From positions 120,577 through 184,576 of the forward strand of contig DATKDP010000056.1 in assembly GCA_035546335.1 (NCBI GenBank): 64,000 nt of DNA, written 5' to 3'. The notes under the pieces are model-generated. The model was given only the letters and a program-made list of their open reading frames with translations, was not told the origin of the DNA and did not search any database. Both the position numbers and the translations under genes were made by a program. This document shows positions 56,620 through 64,000 of the stretch, in pieces; the first letter of the stretch is position 1; the number at the start of each line of letters is the position of its first letter. Origin of the DNA: Thermoanaerobaculia bacterium (lineage in GTDB: Bacteria > Acidobacteriota > Thermoanaerobaculia > Gp7-AA8).

Positions 56620-58644
56620 TTGAAGCTCGCCCGATACGAAGTAGTTCGCGAGCTCGGCAAAGGCGCGATGGGAATCGTCTATCTCGCCAAGGATCCGCTC
56701 ATCGGCCGGCTCGTCGCTCTCAAGACCATACGCCCTGCAACCGGCGATGACGACGAGGCGAAGGAATTCCAGGAGCGTTTCGTTCGCGAGGCGCAGGCAG
56801 CCGGGATTCTCAGTCACTCCGCCATCGTCACCGTTCACGACATCGGACAGGATCCCGAATCCGGCGTCTCTTTCATCGCCATGGAGTACATCGAGGGATC
56901 GAACCTGAAGGAGGTCCTCCAGCAGGGGACTCCGTTCGATCATTTCCAGGTCGCCGAGGTCGTCTCTCAGGTGGCTGACGCGATCGACTATGCCCATTCG
57001 AAGGGAATCATTCATCGCGACGTCAAACCGGCGAACATCATTCTCTGCGGCGAAGCGCGCGCGAAGATCACCGATTTCGGCATCGCCAAGATCGCCTCGG
57101 GGGTGAGCAATCTCACGACGACGGGGCAGTTCCTCGGAACGCCGAACTACATGGCGCCGGAACAGATCAAGGGAACGAAAATCGACGGACGAACCGACAT
57201 CTTCTCGCTGGGCATCGTTTTCTACGAAGCTCTGTCACGCCGCAAGCCGTTCGGCGGCGACTCCCTCACTACGATCTCCTACAAGATCGTTCATGAGCCT
57301 TTCCCTCCCCTTCGCGACATCGATCCGTCGATTCCCGAAGGCTTCGAAGAGATCATCGGCCGGTGCCTCGCGAAGGATCCCGCCGATCGCTATCAACGAG
57401 CGCGCGAGCTGGCAAACGACATCCGGGCCATCGTTCGAGGCGAAGCGCTCGAACGGCAGGTCGATTCTTCGGCATTCGAAGAAACGGTGATGAGCCACGA
57501 TGGCGAAAAGATCCCGACGATGGAGATTCCATTCCCCGAGGCGGACTCCGAAGCCACGGCCATCGGCAGTGAAGGAAGGCTGGAATCGAGTGCAACGCGG
57601 GCACGACGCGCCGCAGCCGGTGCGACTGCCGCAACAGCAGCACCGGTAGCTGCCGCTACACCTGCCGCGCGCACGGCTCGCCGCGCCCCCAGCGCCATCG
57701 CACGGCCCGCCGCCGCACAGCTCCGTCAATTGATCACCTCGAAGATCTCCGCTCCGGTCTTCTTCGGGATCATCGCGATCATTCTGATCCCGCTCACCAT
57801 CGGGGTGATCGCGATCAAGCAGGGGGAGGTTCCGGTCCCCGAGGTCGACGAGCAGCGCGCGGCTGTGGTGGCGAGACAGCGTCTGCTCCGGCAGCAGGGA
57901 ACGGCTCACTTGCGCCGAGGCAATGTGGAAGCGGCCTACGCCTCCTTCCAGGAGCTTCACAAGATCGCTCCGAAATCGCCGATGGTGATCAATGTTCTCG
58001 GCAAGCTCGACGAGATCCGCATCCAGGACATGACCCAGCAGCAACGACTCGGTCAGGCGAAGACGATCTTCGACGAAGGGCGTCTGCTCTACGACGAGCG
58101 CAACTACGAAGATGCCATTCCCCTCTTCGAGGAGGCGTTTCATCTCGATCCGAACCTCAACGAAGCGGTCAACTACCTGAAGATGAGCCGCGAACAGCTC
58201 GCAGTCCAGGCCAGAAGCACCGAGCGCGCAGAAACACGAGCGGAGCTCGCGCGGGTCACCGAGCAGGGCAGCCAGAGCTCTGCGCAACCGAACGGGCAGA
58301 CGACTTCACAGCCCGCCAGACAGCAGCCGGCTACACTCGTCACCTCGTTCAAGGGAACGGTCAACGACGGTTACATTCTGGTGAAGGTCAACGGCGAGAC
58401 CATCGTCTACGAGAACCTTTCCGAAGAGCCGAAGGGCTTCCTTCGCCGTCGCGTCCCGCGCGACATCGCCAAGAGGAGCGAGGTCCCCTCCGGGCGCGTC
58501 GAGATCGAAGTGTGGGTCGTCGTCCAGAGACTGGGAATCCAGGAACAGCGCAAGCTGCAGGAGACGCTCCAGCCGGGAAGCGTGCGAAGCCTGATCGTCA
58601 CGCTCGACCCGGGCAGCAAACGGCTCACGCTCACGCTCTCGTAG
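56620..58644 (+). CDS. Hanks-type serine/threonine protein kinase with one TM segment and extracytoplasmic TPR-like/C-terminal domain
   Basis: [66 protein letters not shown] start after GGAGGA is proposed; the long ORF begins at 56593. Confidence 0.8.
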   Translation: MKLARYEVVRELGKGAMGIVYLAKDPLIGRLVALKTIRPATGDDDEAKEFQERFVREAQAAGILSHSAIVTVHDIGQDPESGVSFIAMEYIEGSNLKEVLQQGTPFDHFQVAEVVSQVADAIDYAHSKGIIHRDVKPANIILCGEARAKITDFGIAKIASGVSNLTTTGQFLGTPNYMAPEQIKGTKIDGRTDIFSLGIVFYEALSRRKPFGGDSLTTISYKIVHEPFPPLRDIDPSIPEGFEEIIGRCLAKDPADRYQRARELANDIRAIVRGEALERQVDSSAFEETVMSHDGEKIPTMEIPFPEADSEATAIGSEGRLESSATRARRAAAGATAATAAPVAAATPAARTARRAPSAIARPAAAQLRQLITSKISAPVFFGIIAIILIPLTIGVIAIKQGEVPVPEVDEQRAAVVARQRLLRQQGTAHLRRGNVEAAYASFQELHKIAPKSPMVINVLGKLDEIRIQDMTQQQRLGQAKTIFDEGRLLYDERNYEDAIPLFEEAFHLDPNLNEAVNYLKMSREQLAVQARSTERAETRAELARVTEQGSQSSAQPNGQTTSQPARQQPATLVTSFKGTVNDGYILVKVNGETIVYENLSEEPKGFLRRRVPRDIAKRSEVPSGRVEIEVWVVVQRLGIQEQRKLQETLQPGSVRSLIVTLDPGSKRLTLTLS

Positions 58645-58729
58645 CGAGCCCGCCGCTTGTCGCCCGCTGTCGTGCTCGAACCATCTCCGCGGGCTGACCG
58701 ACGCCGCTTTCGAGCATTCGAGGAGGACC

Positions 58730-59242
58730 ATGGACACCGGGGCCATCAACTTCAAGCAGTGGATCGAGGAGTACCGGCATCTTCTCCAACCGCCGGTTGG
58801 AAACAAGAAGGTCTTCGACAGCGACGAGTTGATCGTCATGGTCGTCGGCGGTCCGAACAGTCGCAAGGATTACCACATCGACGAAGGTCCCGAGTTCTTC
58901 TATCAGCTCGAAGGGGAGATGCTCCTCAAGACCATCCAGGATGGAAACGTCGTCGACATCCCGATTCGCAGCGGAGAGATCTTCCTGCTGCCGCCGCGCG
59001 TACCTCACTCGCCGCAACGCTTCCCGAATTCCGTCGGCCTGGTCATCGAGCGCAAGCGCCTCGAGAACGAGCTCGACGGCCTTCAGTGGTATTGCGACAA
59101 CTGTACGAACCTGCTCTATGAGGAGTTTTTTCCGCTGAAGAACATCGAGAAAGACTTTCCTCCGGTGTTCGACCGCTTTTTCGGCAACATCGAGCATCGC
59201 ACCTGCGACCGATGCGGAACGGTGATGCCGCCACCGAAGTGA
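58730..59242 (+). CDS. 3-hydroxyanthranilate 3,4-dioxygenase (cupin) with C-terminal rubredoxin-like Cys4 site
   Basis: [32 protein letters not shown]...[11 protein letters not shown]...WYCDNC...CDRCG. Confidence 0.85.
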   Translation: MDTGAINFKQWIEEYRHLLQPPVGNKKVFDSDELIVMVVGGPNSRKDYHIDEGPEFFYQLEGEMLLKTIQDGNVVDIPIRSGEIFLLPPRVPHSPQRFPNSVGLVIERKRLENELDGLQWYCDNCTNLLYEEFFPLKNIEKDFPPVFDRFFGNIEHRTCDRCGTVMPPPK

Positions 59243-59265
59243 GCCGCACTGGCTCGATTCTCAAC

Positions 59266-60294
59266 GTGCTCAAGATCGACATCCACACTCACATCCTGCC
59301 GGAGCGGTGGCCCGACCTGGCCGGCAGATACGGCTACGGCGGATTCGTGGCTCTCGAACATCATCGTCCCGGAAAGGCTCGGATGATGATCGACGACACC
59401 TGCTTCCGCGAGATCGGAAGCAACTGCTGGGACCCGGAGGTCCGCCTCGCGGAATGCGACCGTGAAGGAGTCGACGTCCAGGTTCTTTCGACCGTTCCCG
59501 TCATGTTCAGCTACTGGGCGAAGGCGCAGGATGCACTCGATCTCGCGCGGATGCTCAACGATCACATCGCCGGAGTCGTGCACGATCACCCGAAGCGCTT
59601 CGCCGGCCTCGCTACGCTGCCGATGCAGGATGCCGATCTCGCGGTCCGCGAGCTCGAGCGCGCCGTCCGCGAGCTCGGCCTCGCTGGCGTGCAGATCGGC
59701 ACGAACGTCAACGGAACGAATCTCGACGCGCCTGAGCTCTTCCCGGTTTTCGAGGCCGCATCCGATCTGGATGTGGCGATCTTCGTCCACCCCTGGGAAG
59801 TGGTCGGTCGCGAGCGCATGGCGAAGTACTGGCTTCCGTGGCTCGTCGGGATGCCGGCGGAGACCTCGCTGGCGATCTGCTCACTGATCTTCGGCGGAGT
59901 CCTCGAACGGCTTCCCCGGCTGCGCATCGCCTTCGCGCACGGTGGAGGCGCCTTTCCCACGACCATAGGGCGCATTGCACGCGGCTTCGAAGCGCGTCCC
60001 GATCTCTGCGCCGTCGACAACGAGGTCGACCCGCGCGAATATCTCACCAGAATCTACGTCGACTCTCTTTCACACGATCCGCGGATCCTCTGCTACATGG
60101 TCGATGCCATGGGCGCAGACCGAATCGCCCTCGGAACCGACTATCCGTTCCCCCTGGGAGAGCGTCATCCCGGCGAGATCGTCGATTCCTGCGGCTTCGA
60201 TGAACCGACCGTCGCACGTCTGTTTCATGGTACGGCCCTCGAGTGGCTCGGAATGGAGCGGGAGCAGTTCGTCCCCGACGGCGGTTCGAGATGA
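59266..60294 (+). CDS. 2-amino-3-carboxymuconate-6-semialdehyde decarboxylase (amidohydrolase-2 family)
   Basis: [11 protein letters not shown] ... HPW ... FAHGGGAFP ... [13 protein letters not shown] start at 59266 (the ATG at 59212 is the alternative). Confidence 0.8.
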   Translation: MLKIDIHTHILPERWPDLAGRYGYGGFVALEHHRPGKARMMIDDTCFREIGSNCWDPEVRLAECDREGVDVQVLSTVPVMFSYWAKAQDALDLARMLNDHIAGVVHDHPKRFAGLATLPMQDADLAVRELERAVRELGLAGVQIGTNVNGTNLDAPELFPVFEAASDLDVAIFVHPWEVVGRERMAKYWLPWLVGMPAETSLAICSLIFGGVLERLPRLRIAFAHGGGAFPTTIGRIARGFEARPDLCAVDNEVDPREYLTRIYVDSLSHDPRILCYMVDAMGADRIALGTDYPFPLGERHPGEIVDSCGFDEPTVARLFHGTALEWLGMEREQFVPDGGSR

Positions 60295-61595
60295 CGATCC
60301 GGCCCGACTTCACCCGTGGGATCGACAGGGCGCTCGAGCTCGATCGAGCCGATCCACTCGCCTCGTTTCGAGATGAATTTCACATTCCCGGACGAAGCGA
60401 CGGCAAAGATGAGATCTACCTCGCTGGTAACTCCCTCGGGCTTCAACCGAAACGAACCGCGGCCCACATCGAACAGGAGCTCTCCGACTGGCGCCATCTC
60501 GCGGTCAAGGGACACCTCGAGGCGCGCAGCCCATGGCTTCCCTACCATGAATTCCTGGCCGAGCCGATGGCGGCAATCGTCGGAGGACTGCCGGTGGAAG
60601 TCGTCACGATGAACTCGCTGACGGCGAACCTCCACTTTCTGCTGGTCAGCTTCTACCGGCCGACTGCTTCGCGGCATCGCATCCTGATGGAGGATCGCGC
60701 ATTCCCCTCCGATCATTACGCCGCGACCTCGCAGATCCTTTTTCATGGCTACGATCCCGCCGCATCGCTTCTGCTGGTCAGACCTCGTGAGGGAGAGGAG
60801 GCCATCCGAAGAGACGATCTGCTCGAGCTGATCGAGCGCGAAGGGGAGTCGATCGCGCTGATCCTCCTTCCGGGCGTTCAGTACTACACCGGCCAGGCAT
60901 TCGACATGGAAGCGATCGCCGCAGCAGGGCGGGCGAAAGGATGCGTGATCGGCTTCGATCTTGCCCATGCCGCCGGGAACCTCCTTGTCCGGCTTCACGA
61001 CTGGAATGTCGACTTCGCGTGCTGGTGCACCTACAAGTATCTCAACTCCGGACCGGGCTCGACGGGCGGGGCGTTCGTGCACGAGCGCCACGCGAAGCGA
61101 TTCGACCTGCCGCGGTTCGGGGGGTGGTGGGGGCACGACAAGAGCACGCGATTCCTGATGGGACCTGAGTTCCGCCCGATGGCGGGAGCCGAGGGGTGGC
61201 AGGTGAGCAACCCGCCGATTCTTTCGCTTGCTGCGATTCGCGCGTCGCTGGAGGTGTTCACCGAGGCGGGTGGAATGGAGCCGCTGCGCGAGAAATCGGC
61301 CCGGCTGACCGGGTATCTCGAACAGCTCCTTCGCTCCATGCCCGGCGGTTCGGTGTCGATCCTGACGCCGTCGAATTCAGAGGAGCGTGGATGCCAGTTG
61401 TCGCTGACGGTCGGGCATCCTGAAAGATCGGGAAGGGAGGTGTTCGAGCGTCTGGAGGCGGGAGGGGTTGCCTGTGACTGGCGCGAGCCGAACGTGATTC
61501 GCGTCGCGCCGGCGCCGCTGTACAACAGCTTCACCGATGTCTATCGATTCGCCGACATTCTGGGAAGAGAGCTCGGCCTTCATGACACGCGATGA
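60291..61595 (+). CDS. kynU: kynureninase
   Basis: ATGA overlap with the upstream stop. [13 protein letters not shown]..., PLP-lysine region [13 protein letters not shown]. Confidence 0.85.
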   Translation: MTIRPDFTRGIDRALELDRADPLASFRDEFHIPGRSDGKDEIYLAGNSLGLQPKRTAAHIEQELSDWRHLAVKGHLEARSPWLPYHEFLAEPMAAIVGGLPVEVVTMNSLTANLHFLLVSFYRPTASRHRILMEDRAFPSDHYAATSQILFHGYDPAASLLLVRPREGEEAIRRDDLLELIEREGESIALILLPGVQYYTGQAFDMEAIAAAGRAKGCVIGFDLAHAAGNLLVRLHDWNVDFACWCTYKYLNSGPGSTGGAFVHERHAKRFDLPRFGGWWGHDKSTRFLMGPEFRPMAGAEGWQVSNPPILSLAAIRASLEVFTEAGGMEPLREKSARLTGYLEQLLRSMPGGSVSILTPSNSEERGCQLSLTVGHPERSGREVFERLEAGGVACDWREPNVIRVAPAPLYNSFTDVYRFADILGRELGLHDTR

Positions 61596-62931
61596 TTCGC
61601 GAGACGTGACGCTCATCGGCGCCGGACTGGCCGGCTCCCTTCTCGCGATCTATCTCGCCAGGCGCGGTTTCGAGGTCGCCATCTTCGAGCGTCGCCCCGA
61701 CCTTCGCAGAGTGAACATCGCCGCCGGACGCTCGATCAATCTGGCGCTGGCGAATCGCGGCATCCATGCACTTCGCGAAGTGGGGCTGATGGATCGGATC
61801 GAGCCACTGCTCATTCCGATGGCCGGGCGAATGCTCCACGACGAAGCCGGAAATCTCCAGTTCCTTCCTTACGGCAGCAGGCCGGAAGAAGTGATCTATT
61901 CCGTTTCGCGGGGAGCACTCAACGGAATCATGATGGATGCCGCGGAGGCGGGAGGAGTCACGATTCATTTTCTTCACAATTGTCGTGAGGTCGATTTCGA
62001 GCAGCGCGAGGTGACGGCCATCATCGATGACGGCCGCGCCCGACGATTTCCCTATCGCACGCTGATCGGTACCGACGGGAGCGCCTCCGCTGTTCGCGAC
62101 GCGGTCATGCGTGCGACCGGAGGAGAATCGCGCGAGGAGCCTCTCGAGCACAGCTACAAGGAGCTGTCGATTCCACCCTCTCCGGATGGCGGATTTCGCA
62201 TCGAGCGGAACGCGCTTCACATCTGGCCGCGGGGGGAGTTCATGCTCATCGCCCTCCCGAACATCGACGGCAGCTTCACGGTGACGCTCTTTCTGCCGAA
62301 TGAAGGTCCCGAGAGCTTCGCCTCACTCACCACCGCAGAGGCCGTGCTCTCTTTCTTCGAGCGGCGGTTCGCCGATGCCGTTCCCCTTCTCCCCGATCTG
62401 ACGGAGGCATTCTTCGAAAATCCCACCGGACACCTCAGCACGATACGCTGCTGGCCGTGGCACTATCGCGATCAGGCGGTCCTTCTCGGCGACGCTGCGC
62501 ACGCGATCGTCCCCTTCCACGGTCAGGGAATGAACTGCGCATTCGAGGACTGCAGTGAGCTGAATGCCTGTCTCGATTCGTCCGATGGAACGTGGGAGCC
62601 CGTCTTCGCCGAGCTCGCACGGCGGCGCAAGCCGAACGCCGAAGCGATCGCCGACATGGCACTCGAAAATTACGTCGAGATGCGAAGCTCGGTGCGCGAT
62701 CCGAAGTTTCAACTTTGGAAGGAGGCCGCCTTCCGGCTCGAGGAGCGCCAGCCGGGACGGTTCATTCCGCGCTACTCGATGGTCATGTTTCATTCGATCC
62801 CCTATGCCGAGGCAAAACGACGCGGCGCGATCCAGGACGAGATTCTCGAGGAGCTGACTCGCGAGACGGCGACCGCGGCCGAGGTCGACTACGAGAAGGC
62901 CGATCGCCTGATCGCCTCCCGGCTCGGGTAG
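61582..62931 (+). CDS. kmo: kynurenine 3-monooxygenase (FAD)
   Basis: VTLIGAGLAGSLLAIYLARRGFEVAIFERR (FAD Rossmann), GDAAHAIVPFHGQGMNCAFED. Start overlaps the kynU 3' end by 14 nt. Confidence 0.85.
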   Translation: MTRDDSRDVTLIGAGLAGSLLAIYLARRGFEVAIFERRPDLRRVNIAAGRSINLALANRGIHALREVGLMDRIEPLLIPMAGRMLHDEAGNLQFLPYGSRPEEVIYSVSRGALNGIMMDAAEAGGVTIHFLHNCREVDFEQREVTAIIDDGRARRFPYRTLIGTDGSASAVRDAVMRATGGESREEPLEHSYKELSIPPSPDGGFRIERNALHIWPRGEFMLIALPNIDGSFTVTLFLPNEGPESFASLTTAEAVLSFFERRFADAVPLLPDLTEAFFENPTGHLSTIRCWPWHYRDQAVLLGDAAHAIVPFHGQGMNCAFEDCSELNACLDSSDGTWEPVFAELARRRKPNAEAIADMALENYVEMRSSVRDPKFQLWKEAAFRLEERQPGRFIPRYSMVMFHSIPYAEAKRRGAIQDEILEELTRETATAAEVDYEKADRLIASRLG

Positions 62932-62990
62932 GGACGCTTTCAACCTGCGCTCCTGGGCGCTGGTCTGTCACAGTTGCCGGACTCGCGAGG

Positions 62991-63029
62991 GGCGGCGGGA
63001 CGCCGCCTCGATCGGGCGAGGACGCCCGA
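62991..63029. terminator. pair of short GC hairpins (GGCGGCG-gga-CGCCGCC; TCGGGCG-agga-CGCCCGA) between convergent kmo and DAO genes
   Basis: Lies in the 134-bp gap between the two stop codons. Variant of the conserved hairpin family. Confidence 0.35.
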
Positions 63030-63065
63030 CCCCCTCGGACGCGGGCATCCTCTCCGCGTGACTCT

Positions 63066-64000
63066 CTACGCCTTCGCCAACTCCACCACTTCGGCGGCGC
63101 ATCCCCAGGAGAGGGTGAATCCCGCGCCGCCGTGCCCGTAGTTGTGGATGACCTTGCAGCCGTCGCCCAGCATTTCGGATTCGAGCCGGACTTCCGAGCG
63201 CCCCGGGCGCAGCCCGACCGCCGCTCCGAGGATCTCGGCCCGCTCGAGCCCGGGCTCGAGCTGCATACAGCGGCGGACGATGTCGCGAGAGACCTCCTCG
63301 TCGGGCTCCAGTTCCCAGACATCCCGTTCCGCAGTTCCGCCGAGAATGCAATCGTCCGACCGCGGCACGACGTAGGCGAGGGAGAGGTGGCCGAAATCGT
63401 CGGCGATCGCCCGCCGCAATCCCGGATTCGTCGTCCTGACCACCTGACCCCTGATCGGATGAACGTCGGAATCGCGACTCAGATCTCGCGCTCCCAGGCC
63501 GCTGCAGTTGATGATCAGGCCAGCGGGAGCGGCCACGTCCTGAAGGTCCGCGAGCCCTCCTTCGATCATAGTGATCGTGCCGCCGAGCTCAGCGAACCGT
63601 CGCATCAGGAACGGCAGATACCGAGGCGTCTCGATCAGCGGAACCGTTGCGACGAGCCCATCACGATATCCATGCGGCAGCTCAGCGGCGGCGAGTCGCC
63701 GGAGCCCGATGACGCTCCCCATCCAGTCCGGATCATTCGCCGGCTCGTCGAAGAGCTCGATCATCTCCACCATGGAGATTCCACTGTCCGGTGTCTCCGC
63801 CAGCTCGGCGAAGATCTCGTAAGAGTGTCGCGCCCATCGAGTGACACGATCTGCCGGATAGGCGAGGTACGGAAACCAGATCGCCGCCGCACGGTCGGAG
63901 GTGGTGTTCGGGGGTACCTCTCTGGTGACGATCGAAACATCGAGACCCGCCTCTTGGAGCGCGACGGCCGATGTGAGACCGGAAACACCCGAGCCGATCA
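63066..64000 (-). CDS. D-amino-acid oxidase family FAD oxidoreductase (N-terminus beyond window end)
   Basis: The frame is continuous to the window edge. N-terminal part reads ...IGSGVSGLTSAVALQEAGLDVSIV... (GxGxxG). C-terminus HNYGHGGAGFTLSWGCA is the DAO signature. Confidence 0.8.
   Translation of the reverse strand, partial: IGSGVSGLTSAVALQEAGLDVSIVTREVPPNTTSDRAAAIWFPYLAYPADRVTRWARHSYEIFAELAETPDSGISMVEMIELFDEPANDPDWMGSVIGLRRLAAAELPHGYRDGLVATVPLIETPRYLPFLMRRFAELGGTITMIEGGLADLQDVAAPAGLIINCSGLGARDLSRDSDVHPIRGQVVRTTNPGLRRAIADDFGHLSLAYVVPRSDDCILGGTAERDVWELEPDEEVSRDIVRRCMQLEPGLERAEILGAAVGLRPGRSEVRLESEMLGDGCKVIHNYGHGGAGFTLSWGCAAEVVELAKA

Noticed and set aside
1-64000. rRNA, tRNA, integrase, transposase or phage genes
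   Set aside because: None recognised by reading. The MITE-like elements carry no transposase ORF. A tRNA cannot be fully excluded without tRNAscan.

Overview
The window is a high-GC (about 65-68% by eye) bacterial chromosomal segment. Nearly all of it is densely packed core genes, with no rRNA, tRNA, CRISPR array, integrase or transposase that I could see.

Housekeeping content includes a ribosome-associated operon on the minus strand (rplU-rpmA-obg-nadD-rsfS-[sigma-54 activator]-rlmH-dksA-like-holA), proS, gltX, a standalone EF-G paralog and pyrE.

Envelope and secretion genes are a TamB plus Omp85 (BamA/TamA-like) pair, a soluble lytic transglycosylase, a FadL-family outer-membrane protein, two M16 peptidases, a VanX-like dipeptidase, three prepilin-type pseudopilins and an orphan TupA-like binding protein.

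Regulatory genes include a partial ECF sigma factor, an NtrC-like sigma-54 response regulator, a receiver-less sigma-54 activator, a GGDEF-EAL membrane protein and a Hanks-type Ser/Thr kinase.

At the 3' end is a four-gene kynurenine-pathway cluster (3-hydroxyanthranilate dioxygenase, ACMSD, kynureninase, kynurenine 3-monooxygenase) next to a D-amino-acid oxidase.

The most unusual signal is in the intergenic space rather than in any protein:
- a roughly 86-bp inverted-repeat (MITE/REP-like) element present in 5 copies
- a conserved GC hairpin (GAGCGGGCG-cggga-CGCCCGCTC) at 6 or more sites, mostly between convergent gene ends
- long heptamer (GGCTCGR)n and octamer (GGCAGATR)n tandem arrays that fold into large imperfect palindromes
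- a roughly 340-bp palindromic cluster built from two alternating hairpin motifs

Two composite repeat clusters bracket the pseudopilin-tupA module, which suggests a repeat-delimited cassette. Other less-characterised loci are a nucleotidyltransferase-metallophosphoesterase-SOD operon, an orphan ThiS coupled to an unknown protein, and a GreA-domain fusion protein.

All calls come from reading translations and motifs by eye. No database searches were run.
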